A stretch of DNA of 63,998 nucleotides, filler included, from Dirinaria sp. TL-2023a (Eukaryota), in assembly GCA_051941275.1 (NCBI GenBank). It is 9 parts of 9 records of this genome, joined end to end, with 100 filler letters (N's around TTAATTAATTAA, not from the genome) between each part and the next. Parts side by side here need not be neighbours in the genome. Positions count along the whole stretch, not along the records: positions 7,176 to 14,240 come from JAVEBF010001372.1; positions 14,341 to 21,391 come from JAVEBF010001373.1; positions 21,492 to 28,538 come from JAVEBF010001374.1; 6 more parts are not named here. One strand, written 5' to 3'. A model generated the notes under the pieces. It was not told the origin of the DNA. It made no database searches and was given only the letters and a program-made list of their open reading frames with translations. Below are positions 12,890 through 24,007 of the stretch, one piece after another. Both the position numbers and the translations under genes were made by a program. Position 1 is the stretch's first letter, and each line of letters begins with the position of its first letter.

Positions 12890-13139
12890 AAAATATCTCC
12901 TTCAAATAATTATATATGAATTTACAAATATAGTCTTGATATTTTGTAATAGATAGTTGTATCCTTATCAAGGGACGTCGGGCAGGGATGACTTAGCGAG
13001 GGCAACACAAACAAGATGAATAAATGAAAAACCTTGTATTTTTTGTTTGAAGCAAAATCAGAAAAGAGCTGGCTCCAAAAAAAAAAAAAGGTTAAGGTTG
13101 CTTAACCTCTGTCAGAATCGAACACGGCTCCAAAAAAAA

Positions 13140-13249
13140 GTGGGCGACCGATACCCCAATTGCTACACCCTCAGATTCCACAAAGGACATAGGCTACTAA
13201 TGCAGAGTTGGAGCTCTGTTCAAATAACTTGAACCAACACGGCTACCGT
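13140..13249 (-). ncRNA. Putative Pol III small structured RNA, family A copy 3
   Basis: 5' GGTAGCCG / 3' CGGTCGCC stem; A-box-like TAGCCGTGTTGG; T8 terminator (13132-13139); B box GTTCGATTC at 13115-13123; TTTATATAA at 13271-13279. Confidence 0.75.
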
Positions 13250-13594
13250 GAAAATCTTTGCAATATTATCTTATATAAACACAAAATCTGATTTCTTTTA
13301 CCGAACCGCGAATTTGCACTGTGCTGATCGTATAATCAATTGACGACCTGTCACATCTACAGTATTTTATGTTGTTCTTGCTCTTTGAATTTTGTAACTC
13401 TGTATACTAACCACCAAGCGAAGCTGCCTGAATGGCTCTTCCTATCTTCAGCACGTCGATGCAATAATTCAAGTATAGAATCTAGTCCTACCCAAAACCA
13501 TGTTCTCGACTCTATTTGATAATAAGTGCTTAGGTCCAAGCATAAGGACTTCAAAATCAACGTTTCTCAACAAGATCTATCACGCTCTAGATTA

Positions 13595-14119
13595 TCACGC
13601 AAGCAGTAATGATGTCGGTGAATACATGATCATTATTCTACCAGTATTACATGAAAAAGCCAATGCGCATGACAAGGAAAAATCACCGCAAGAAATGGAG
13701 GCAAAGGTCAGTTCATCAAGTGGCTTTGGATGAGCTTCTGTCTTGACATACATGGAGGGAACCCCCTTTTTGACAGCGAATAAGATCATCATTTCACTCA
13801 CAGGACACAGGATCTGTGTCCTTGGTGCTAGAAGGTAGCTCTTCAGTTTAAAAGATCTACCGATATACGTATCCTGTATTTGGTTTTGGACCTCTGTTGA
13901 TCTGTGCGGGCATACTAGATGGGTAGAGACATTTACAGATACTTCTCGAGGACCCCAGGGCTCACGGAGGAAGAAACGAATGGGAACAATTCTTATTGTA
14001 GCGTCGGAAAGCACCCCTTCCCACCGCCTGACCTTGTTGTTAGCTAAAGCACTGGATGGTAGTTGATGTTCGGCCATTGTCCCAAGACCTTGATTGTGAA
14101 AGCTAATCTTGTTGAGCAT
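13595..14119 (-). CDS. Possible fragment or relic of a hypothetical protein gene
   Basis: 174-codon ORF near the contig end; no firm motif recognised. Confidence 0.2.
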   Translation of the reverse strand: MLNKISFHNQGLGTMAEHQLPSSALANNKVRRWEGVLSDATIRIVPIRFFLREPWGPREVSVNVSTHLVCPHRSTEVQNQIQDTYIGRSFKLKSYLLAPRTQILCPVSEMMILFAVKKGVPSMYVKTEAHPKPLDELTFASISCGDFSLSCALAFSCNTGRIMIMYSPTSLLLA

Positions 14120-15992
14120 TGACTTATCTTATGAGATGTTGATGCCGAATACGATCTTGCTTACTGGAAGGGAAAAGGAAATTGTCATACTAAGACTGAG
14201 TCCCAGTGCAAGGCTCTGTATCCTCGCTGGAAAAGCTTCCNNNNNNNNNNNNNNNNNNNNNNNNNNNNNNNNNNNNNNNNNNNNTTAATTAATTAANNNN
14301 NNNNNNNNNNNNNNNNNNNNNNNNNNNNNNNNNNNNNNNNACTGATGAATGGCTGACGTTCTTAAACAGTACATGCTCCCTAGCTCTCTATTTCAGTTTT
14401 AGAAAAATCAAGGTTGTCTACAACAGAATGAGGAAGATGTTTAAAGCACCGAGAGGGTAGTCGAAATAGCTGCTCGCTCTCCCAGACTTAGGATGATAGG
14501 GTTCCGTCACCAAAGACTATTCTTAGTATCGAATATATATCATTCATAACGGCCTCACTGCAGGTCTTTATAATTTGGTCGATCTGACAGGGCTATATGG
14601 TTGCTGATTGGCCTTCATTGCCGATTTGATTCAGATTTGATCCATATGACATTCCTCCGTGTGGGTAGAACAGCACGCTAGTGTTTCAATTTCAGGCTTT
14701 GGGGGCGATTGCTGTATATTCGAGAGCATGTCCCAGTGAATTCGATAGGAAGGTTGTGCTCGTGCCCAGGACTTGAGATTTCGGAGGTACATAGCGGTGC
14801 GAGAGGCCTACCAAATCATTCAAAGGATTATATCATGGCGGCACAGGTCCTTGTCAATAGCTGCGAACCTAGTCTAATATACCATGTAGTAGATTTATTC
14901 TTTGCTGAAAATAATCCGGTATAAATTCTCGTGGGCGAGACGCTCAATATCCTGATGCTTTGTCACACTCTCATGAATTCCATTGTCGATGAACAAAGAA
15001 TCTTATTCTCAATCTCAGCGCTCCTGTCCGAATCTTCTTTCAAAATGGCTGCATCAGGTTTTCTTTGTCATGGATACTTAAACGCCGATCTTGCTTCAAC
15101 AAATGCTGTAAAAACATTTTCAACTTCTAGACTCAGCACGGACTGAGAAACCCATCATCATGTTCCACTCATATTCTAAATACTGCCTGCTGTCGATTGC
15201 TAGATTGAAAAATTGCTGTCAAGACGTCTTACTGTTTTTGTAATATTCGATCGCTCAGCATACGTCTCGCATTAACGGCTCGTTCGGTATTCTCGAATGT
15301 AAGGCCCGCCCTTGTTCAAGCAGATGTGTTGCCCCATAGTGTTGTGCCTAGAGTGTTGCTTGGCACTAGCGTGGTTGCCTCGGTGAGTTCTACATATGTA
15401 GAACTCACACAGATACATTCATAGACTTTTGACAATGGCATGCTTCATGTATGCTAGCAAGTGCATTGCTCAGTGCTTCAACAGCCCTTTGTTCAAGCAA
15501 GACATGGAAACCATCGATCCTTTTGAGGTTTGTTTTCCCATCTCTCGTTCTCCCTATCCGACGTTCTCTTTGCGCTTTGGTCACCCTCCAACTATGATTT
15601 CACTGCATTGTCCCTGTCATCATGCTTGCTAATGCTGCAACCATGGAGGTCAGTATGAGGTCCCTATATGCATTTAGACTATGCTTACAGCTAAATTTTC
15701 ATTCCTGAAGGGGTTGTCAAATCAGGCGTTTTCCATACTTGAGGCGCCCGATCTGGCAAATCCGACAAGGAATCCGGAGAACATTATCTTCAAGCCGGAA
15801 ATGTAAGATGGTGTTTATGGTGCCTGAAAAATGAGTAGGTAAATTCGAGGTTGAGAGCTTAGAAAATTAAATGAAAGAAGTCTACAATGGAGAAAGATAG
15901 ATAAGGGGGCATAGACAGCTTCATGTAGGCAATGATGAGCCTTGCAGAAAATATTTCGCTGTTCTTGGCCATCTGTTCTGGGCTCTCGCCTA

Positions 15993-16846
15993 CTATGCAT
16001 GATAGAAACTGCATGCACGCGCAACTAATCTATGTCATTTCGGGTAACCGGAGCATTGAGCTTTGATCGCTATTGTCGAGGAATCAGCTAGGAAATTCTG
16101 TATATGCGAGGAGAAGACTCACACGAAGCGAAGTAATTATAATTCTCTGCGTTCTGAAGCTGCTCAGCTTCTGGTAAAAGAATACAGTCTCGAAGATCAT
16201 AGCTCTCTGGTCGATCCAAAGACTCGAAGTGCAGGTATTTGTCCATCAGCTCATGGATCATGGTCCCATACTGCGTAAGGCTGAGTGTATCATCCGAGTT
16301 CCTCAGAATGGCATTCCGCCGGAACAAAGGACAGCGGGAGGGCGCGGGGGTCCGGGAGATTTTATCGAAGAAGGATGGAGGCAGATATATATTGGGAGAA
16401 CCGAATTCGTTGAATGCTACCGCGCGTGGTTGAGTGCTAATCATGAAGTTATATATTGGAGCCGTAAGCCGGTGTCCGGGTTCGACGCAAACGAACATGA
16501 TCTGTACTTGCTGTCCGTCAACCATGATGCTTGTCGCATTCGAGAGTCGAGCAAAGTTCGCGGTCACTGCAGGAATAGCCTCGTCGGATGTAAAGAGAGA
16601 CTTGAAGCCGTGCGACGAGTTAGTACCCGTATTGGCTTCGGAGATGATTACTGGAAGATCGCGTCCGATCTCTTGTAGCAATGAGATCAGTTGGTCTGCT
16701 TTTCCGCCTGAAATATCTTTGCTACACCGAGCGATGAGATAATTTCCATTGTTTGTGACATCGTCACCCCACGGATTTTGAGCCAGAGAGAGCTGAGCTA
16801 CAGTGCATGCAATCAGTACGGTGCGTACTCGTACATGGAACCACAT
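15993..16846 (-). CDS. Secreted deuterolysin/M35 (aspzincin)-like protein with altered zinc motif
   Basis: Signal peptide from ATG 16846 (MWFHVRVRTVLIACTVAQLSLA); TMIHELMD in the HEXXH position; NAENYNYFAS resembles the M35 NADSY-type motif; likely 3' intron (GTGAGT about 16121 to TAG about 16025) and short final exon. Confidence 0.6.
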
Positions 16847-19171
16847 GGCCAAGGGGATCGTAATCATCTGAGCAGTCCGAGCCCATGGGTATTCGAGCTG
16901 AGTTTCAAGGTGGTGCTTGTCCGAGTGTTCCAGAACAAATTGGACCGCGCGAAAAATATCATGCACGGGCTTTCTTAAAAAAAGCATTGAATAACAGTGC
17001 TTCGAATTGTCGGGTAACTCATCAGCGCAAATGTCAAGAAACGCGAAACACGGTGCGCGGGTAAAAATGGCTTTGCGACACCCACGAAGCTATCCAGCGC
17101 TACTCACCGCCCGAAATTTTTTACTCAGAAGATGGATAGCAAGAGCCTCACGTCAAATGAGGCAAAGATGAACTCTCACAAATAGCGGCAAGAGGTGATG
17201 AATAACTTAAAGCCTGCGTTCGATTGCGGTAACCAGAAGCTCTGAGAAATATGAGACCCGCCGAATAGCTCAGGGAAAAGCTTCAGACTCCGATTGAACT
17301 AGAAGGGTTGAAGATCGGCAGACTTTTCGTAGAGATTATGGGAGGCACCGTCAAGTCTTCATAACGACTGTCAACCCTCTTCATCTTAACTAATCCAGCT
17401 CATTCAATCATCCGCTTTCCTTGAGAATCTACTTCTTAGCCGAGTTGGCATTTTGGTAATTCGGTAGAGGTTGGATCTGACAACCTATCCGCTAATATTG
17501 AATATTGAAACTTGGTCGCGTGAGGGGCTCTTCGGAAGCGATGAGGATGATATCTGCGCTGAGGCTTGAGACGAGAGTGTTTGAGTCTTCCGTAGTGCGT
17601 GAGAGGAGACCATTTAGCTGACTGTGGGACTTGCATTGGAATAGTCGCAGGTGCAATGTAGAAACGGCGAATTGTCAGGTCTTTCTGACCAACTTCGAAC
17701 AACGTGCATCTTTGCATATTGTTGTAATAGAATGCCAATTCTAAGTCTTGAACAGCACGAAACTTGGACGAAAGACGGAATTCAAATCAACAAAATCTCG
17801 CACATTGGAGACAAATATGATCTGCTTTCCTGTGCCGAGATGTTAGCGAGGAAAGTATAGACGGCATATCCTGTCAGAAGCAACTGTTCGGAAAGAATTC
17901 AGCGGTTGCAGAAAGATTGTGAAATAATTTCCAGTGGTACATGAGATATTTGGAAATCTATCGTACTAAAACAGCGATAATAAGCCCATCATCTGCTCCT
18001 ATACTGGCAGCGAATCTAGCCCTGGCGACTAATCACGAAATAACTCCGCAATAGGCAATGGTAAGGTTAGAAACCACCACAACAATCATGTTGGGTCGGC
18101 GGTTGTCCTTTGCATGCGCTTTGTAATATTGAACACCTGCCGGGGTAAGAGGGGACGACTTCTCTGTATATTGTTAATCAGAAGTGTTCGTCGAATTTTG
18201 TTGACTGCATTTGGAACCGAGCGATGTCGTGCTCAAGCATAGAGCGAGAAGCCTTCTTTGATCAATAGTGACCACCAATGTCAAGCTCCTCAAGAGATTT
18301 TGAAACTTCTCCTCACGACGCCTCTGGAGGCGAGAAGGGCAAGTGACAGTAACAGAACAATGGCGATTCTGCTGGACGCTGGGCATCAGGTGCAATGGTT
18401 ACAGTCCTCACTAACGACAACAAATCGATGTGCTATATTGCACGAGTCTCAGCGAACGATACCGGAACCGTCGTTCGTTGACTAGTCTTGACCTTAGCCT
18501 TGTACTTTCTGCCTGGTGTAGAAGTATCGAGCTTGCTAATTATGAGAGGTTGTGCTGCGTGTTTTCCGACTAGTGCTGCTGGGCCACCCCCAGCGGAAGG
18601 CAAGCGCTTGGAAGCTGGTACGGAGGTACTGTACATAGGCTGATCATATATCTGGCCACGCACCAAGGCCGCAGTGAGCGGCACATGCTACATGCAGATG
18701 GATGTATGTCTGATCCTTCCTACATATCGGTATCCGTCTTGGAAACCCCTCACACCCTTTTTTCAATCCTTTCGGAGAGAGAAGCGCAGATCGTTGACTC
18801 GAAGCAGACATTTTGTGGTGCAGGATGCTCATGGAGGTGTGTGCGTGGACTGTTTTATCATCCGTTTGGGTACATGATTTGCAGTGCTAAGCTGCCAGGT
18901 CAACAAGGGGAAAGCCGTTAGGAGGGGCGTCGTCAAGTGCCTGCACCTGCCTTATAATCATTCTCGAAGTGAAAAGCTCGAAAGATTTCGCTACCTTACC
19001 TTAAGTGACGCAACTTTGTTTGACATAATCTTGTTAAATACTGCAGTAATACAGTACGGAGCGACTTTGCTCTTCCACCACCCTATCTCTGCAGATTTCC
19101 CTAAAATGTCTCTTGATATTTAGAGATTGTTCTTGCATCTTCCGTTAGCTATAGATTATCTGGTCTGCGCC

Positions 19172-20269
19172 ATGGAGCGCGAGAAAACAGCCGAAGATCA
19201 ATTGGGAGTAGCATCGGCCCCTTCAGGAGTTCTCCTCGTTGGAAGTGTCCCACTCGCCTCGACCCAGGATGTCTTCGTCAAATTGTGCTCTGCTCTGCCT
19301 CAACGCCTCCATACAATTCCAGACGGCGAAACTGGGGTGCGGTACAACTATATCGGTTGGCAGCTTGGTTGTTTTCCGCGCGAAACCATTCACACATTTC
19401 TCGGGGGTGTCGAGAGGTCACAGAAGGATTTAGATCTCTATACAATCGATTCAATTCAGCCCACGAGATACGACGAAATGGCCATATCCTCTTACGGTAT
19501 CTTCACCAGAATGCGTAACGAAGGCATTATACCATCGGACGTGCGCTTCCAAGTTTCCCTTCCTACGCCCTTTAATTCAATTCAGGGACACGTTAGGCCT
19601 GAGTTCCATCGTCAATTGGAGCCACTCTATGAGAAGCGATTTGAAGAGTCTCTCAGACGTATTTTTGAAGCAATTCCTGCGAGGGATCTGGCTATTCAAT
19701 GGGATCTGACATTTGACGTGATTGCGTTGGAATACGATCGAGGCGGAACGGAGGACCCACGGTTCAAGCCCCATTTCTCGCCCATTCAACGGGGAATCCT
19801 TGATCGCATATCTAGTTTCTGTGCGATGATCCCTGCAGAAGTCATGTTGGCGTTCCACTTGTGCTATGGAGATCTTCGCCACAAGCATTTCGTGGAGCCT
19901 GCCGATACGACTCTGCTTGTAGACCTGGCCAACAGCATCACACAGGAAATTGGAAATATGCACCCTATAGAATGGTTTCATATGCCCGTACCCAAAAGCA
20001 GAATCGATAACTCGTACTTTCAACCTTTGACTGGACTCGATCTTCGCGGTGCCCGCTTGTATCTCTGTTTAGTTCATGCGAATGACGAAGAAGGCACAAG
20101 GAACAGGATCCGAACAGTACAGAAGATATATACACGGCCTTTTGGCGTAGCCACAGAGTGCGGCATGGGGAGAACACCCCAGGCCGAGTTAGACAGTATA
20201 CTTCAGATATGCAAGGACGTGACGGTGCCAAAGAATGCGTCCATGTTGCAGACAGCAGGGATTCAATAG
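19172..20269 (+). CDS. UROD/MetE-like superfamily protein (cobalamin-independent methionine synthase catalytic-domain-like)
   Basis: Intronless ORF; VLLVGSVPL, PDGETG, RFQVSLPTP, LAIQWD, HLCYGD (H-x-C) and C-terminal ECGMGR motifs. Confidence 0.8.
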   Translation: MEREKTAEDQLGVASAPSGVLLVGSVPLASTQDVFVKLCSALPQRLHTIPDGETGVRYNYIGWQLGCFPRETIHTFLGGVERSQKDLDLYTIDSIQPTRYDEMAISSYGIFTRMRNEGIIPSDVRFQVSLPTPFNSIQGHVRPEFHRQLEPLYEKRFEESLRRIFEAIPARDLAIQWDLTFDVIALEYDRGGTEDPRFKPHFSPIQRGILDRISSFCAMIPAEVMLAFHLCYGDLRHKHFVEPADTTLLVDLANSITQEIGNMHPIEWFHMPVPKSRIDNSYFQPLTGLDLRGARLYLCLVHANDEEGTRNRIRTVQKIYTRPFGVATECGMGRTPQAELDSILQICKDVTVPKNASMLQTAGIQ

Positions 20270-21035
20270 CTCTCTTCGAGCTTGACCGAGGGAAAGTTCT
20301 CTGTTAGTATGTCACATACTTGAGCCAGCTGTCTGATCTAAACGTCGTGATCTAGAGTGCCGTGGTTCGAACCGACTAACATTTCTCATGGAAGCTGGTA
20401 ATTGTATTCACTGTATGTTACCCAGATGACACCAGCTGCTGTATCGATGGAACTGGAAGCCATGTGAGGCGTCAGTATGGCCGCGTGCCATCCTTCATCG
20501 CTCCGAACTCTTCCAATCTTTCCCGGGAAGCCTCACAGATGGATCAAATCCTTCATGGCTCCCTTCCGCCCAGCTCTGGCCCATTGTCTACAGAACTGCC
20601 ACACGGCGCAAACTTTCGCCCTTACCAATAGCAAAGACCGATATGAGCCAACCGTGGGGCGATATACAGTAGAGGTGATAAACCATACTGAGAAGTTCTC
20701 GCTCACGCGATCGGCGCGGGTATGCTGGCAGAGCGCCTAGAGATGCGTTTTGAGTGGTCTCAAGGGACGCTTTAGTGTTCACACAGCCGCTGCTTTTAGT
20801 GGCCCTGGCTGCGCTAGCTAGGGACTTATGGCGCAGGTACGAGTACCTACTTTAGCCTTGATATATCACTGCAAGCTCTTGCTCTTATTTATTCTACTTT
20901 AATTTAGCTTAGCTTAAAGTATGTATGCAAATCCCTGTCTTCCCCGTCTGTAGACTATGAAGAATCCGAAAAAAAAAAAAGGAAGAGAAAGAGAGGATAG
21001 TGGTGAGATTCGAACGTACGACCTGGAGCCAAAAA

Positions 21036-21128
21036 GGAATCCGACTGCACATCAGCGCCAGCACTCCAGGCTAGCGGGCCTTATCCCGTGCTACTTGAAG
21101 CAGCCCTCTGCACCATCATCGGAATTCC
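21036..21128 (-). ncRNA. Putative Pol III small structured RNA, family B
   Basis: 5' GGAATTCCGA pairs with 3' TCGGATTCC; three internal hairpins; T5 terminator (21031-21035); downstream B box GTTCGAATC (21007-21015); TATATAA at 21158-21164. Confidence 0.65.
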
Positions 21129-21491
21129 TTGAAAAGCAATACCCAATTAAAAATTACTTATATATTTTGTGTTTCTCTAACCCTAGAGGTAGGATCAAAT
21201 ATGCAGAATCGGAAAACCAACAATTGCGCCAAGCTGGCTCGGCGCAGCGGAACTGCACATCACCTACCTTAATTTTCGTGCCTCGGCTCAAAACTTCCGC
21301 CCTCAAAAAACCTCCCCATTCATCACATGAATCCGCGTTTCCAGCATCAACCTCCCCTCTCCCCCGTCTCTTCTCTCAAAAAACCTCCCACNNNNNNNNN
21401 NNNNNNNNNNNNNNNNNNNNNNNNNNNNNNNNNNNTTAATTAATTAANNNNNNNNNNNNNNNNNNNNNNNNNNNNNNNNNNNNNNNNNNNN

Positions 21492-24007
21492 CCTTTCACC
21501 CCCTGGCCGCCAACCAAAACGAACGAGCCCCCCCTCCCGAGTCTCCAAGACTGGACACGTTGAATACGAGTTTCCTACTTCAAGCACCAGCCGCAATAGC
21601 GCCTCCATCTCCGCTCTCGATGCCATCGCTGCCGCTCCCCGTCCCGCTGCCGCTGGTGTTACTCAAGCCTTCGGTAGCGGAACTGAATCTCTTGGTGGTG
21701 CCGGTAGGATCGCGTTTCAAGGTTTTGCTATTATTGGGACTGATGACAGCGGGTATGGCGGGAGCGTTCTCCTGGTTACTACTGCTGCTATTGTTGCCGG
21801 TGCTGGTGGTATTGTTTGTTGGAAGGGGTTTATCCTTGGATTTGGTCGCGGCTGCGCTGTCAGAGGCGGTGTTGGTGGTGGTATTAGAGAAGTCTTTCCA
21901 TTTGCGCCAACCGTCGAAGTCGATCAGGGCTTGCATGCAGCCCCATTCCGTGACTTTGCGCTCGAGCCAGACGAAGTTGACGGGCTGTTTTCCATATGAT
22001 ATCAGCTTCTTTTTGGATTTGGTGACTCAATTGGAGAAAAAATTGGGGGGGTTGTGGTTTTGCAGCGGCAAGGTGTGAGATTAGTGTAAGAAAACGAGGA
22101 CGTACCTTGGTTAGGAAGTCGTTACAACCAGCCGCCAATGCTTCATGTCGGTCACTCTGCAAAGAGCTGGCTGTAAGTGCGACGATAATGACGGGGCTTT
22201 TGAACAATTCGCTGTTGACGAGATTGTCGTCCCCTTCGGGTTTTTCAGACTCTCGGCCCTCTTCAAGCTTATCGGTACCTCCAAATGTGGTTGGAGTCGA
22301 TGCAGCACTACCACTGAACACACCAATATTATTCACCCTCTCAAGCCGTCGAATCTCTTTCGTAGCATCCAGCCCGTTCATGACAGGAAGCTGTATATCC
22401 ATCAGCACCAAATGAAACCCTCCAGCCCTCCACTTGGTGACGGCTTCTCGACCATTCATGGCAGTATGCCATCGGACCTTGAGACGCTTCATGAAGGCCT
22501 CAAGAAGTTTGAGATTGATAATGTTGTCTTCGACGATGAGAACGCTGATCGGTGGGACGGCGCCGTCGAGAAGGCCGGCTGGAAGCTTGGGCGTGTCCGC
22601 TTTGGGTTTGCGCTTCGTGCGAGTGGGTTTGGTACCAGGAGATGAGGATCGAGGTGGAGGAGTAGCGGTGCGATGGGGAACATCAGTTGGGAGAGGTGGT
22701 GTGGGAATAGGGGGTGGGGCAGGGACACCGTTGGAGTGGGGTTTCTGCGTTTCTACCGTATGCGATCAGTTTAATGTCGATCTAAAAGCGGAACCTGAAG
22801 GGCATCTACCATGTGATTGAGAACCGGATGCTGTGCTTAGCACCGTGGGAGAGGTGGTATGAGTGCGTCCGTACTTTGGCCGGTGAGGATGCCGAAGGCC
22901 GCGCGCCGCACCCGGTGATGGTAAAGGAGGGACTTGACCCGTATTGAGGACTGATATTGAATGCATTGGCAAGTGATGTGCGGGATTATGGCCGGTGCCT
23001 ACTGCGAGAGTCGAAGGGAGATGAGGAGAGTGCTGTCCAGCTGGCATGACCGGAAAATAGTCCGACGCACTTTCCATAGGCCGTTGATCTTCGGTGTAGT
23101 AGGGCACTGGCCTGGGAGAATGTCTTGGTGTGCGCCGTGGGACATCAATGACGAGAGCCTCTTCGACCTTTTGTCCACCAGGATAGTATGAATCGAGTGT
23201 CCTTGACATGGGCTCGTCCGGGCCTAGCGTACGCTCGGTGTAAGATTGCCGGTGTGGATGAGAATGCTCTCTAGGCATTATTCGCAGCGTAACGTCGGGT
23301 GCATCGAAGCTGCGTCCTAAAGAATTGGCATACTTCTTCAGTATCCTGTCCCTGACATCATCCACCAGATCATCTTCATTTATAGACACCAATGTTGCCG
23401 AAGCCCCTGATCTTTTGACCCATATCTTTCGGTGCAGCATGCTTGCACTGAGCGGCGGTCCCAGGAAGTCACCGCTGCCCGCTTGCGAACCGGCCTTCTC
23501 GGATTCCAACAAGGTCTCGAGGAACTCCTTTTGACTGTTGTTTGTGATAGATTGCCTCCTCGCTACATCTGGTCTTGCAAGATTTATCTCCGGTCCAGCA
23601 TCTGATTCTACCGGCGGCTCATGGCCGCTCGTCCCTGTCTCTGGTATGACTGTGCTGGCAACGGCTGTCAAGAGGTCTGGGGTGGGTGCCTGGACTGTGA
23701 GGACAGGATTGCTGCTGTCTTCCAAGGGTGTGGTACGCGGCGTCTCGAAATCTGGGTCCGGGGTTTGTTCACGCTCTCCGCCGATGAATTGACCTTCCGT
23801 GATGCGTGGAACAGCCGGTGGTTGAGCAACGGCCTCTTCGGTAATCGGAGTCACACCGAGGGACGACTTCCTCGATTTGGAGAGTAGAAGGGAGGTTTTG
23901 CTTCTGTTGCGTTTGTCTTCCAAGGCATTGGAGTTGGCCGATGCGGAAGAACTAGCGGATGAAGATCGACGGAATAAGGGCGCGAGTCGTGCCTTCAGAT
24001 CGCCCAT
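21492..24007 (-). CDS. SSK1: Two-component response regulator Ssk1 (HOG pathway); 3' end runs into contig gap
   Basis: KIWVKR...DDLVDDVRD domain; receiver domain VLIVEDNIINLKLLEAFMKRL...LVLMDIQLPVMNG...VALTASSL...GCNDFLTKP; introns at about 22753-22809 and 21986-22105. Confidence 0.92.

Noticed and set aside
12464..13249. Family A as intron-containing tRNA-Cys(GCA) genes (A-box-like start, CTGCA, GTTCGATTC)
   Set aside because: A T7-8 terminator precedes the GTTCGATTC; there is no T-arm stem around it and no acceptor stem closing after it; the 5' end instead pairs with sequence before the T-run
12464..13249. Family A repeats as a CRISPR array
   Set aside because: Units exceed 100 nt, are diverged, have ~190-250 nt spacers, lie in a eukaryotic context and have no cas genes
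21036..21128. Family B as tRNA-Sec or opal suppressor (CTTCAAG loop with UCA; about 93 nt)
   Set aside because: Only a 4-5 bp stem around the loop, no proper D-arm, no T-psi-C loop inside the transcript; selenocysteine machinery is not known in ascomycetes. A tRNAscan-SE or Secmarker run would settle it
21036..21128. Family B as hammerhead ribozyme or C/D snoRNA
   Set aside because: CTGATGT lacks the full CUGAUGA core and there is no GAAA element; the C-box-like CGATGA is imperfect and CTGA is not positioned next to the terminal stem
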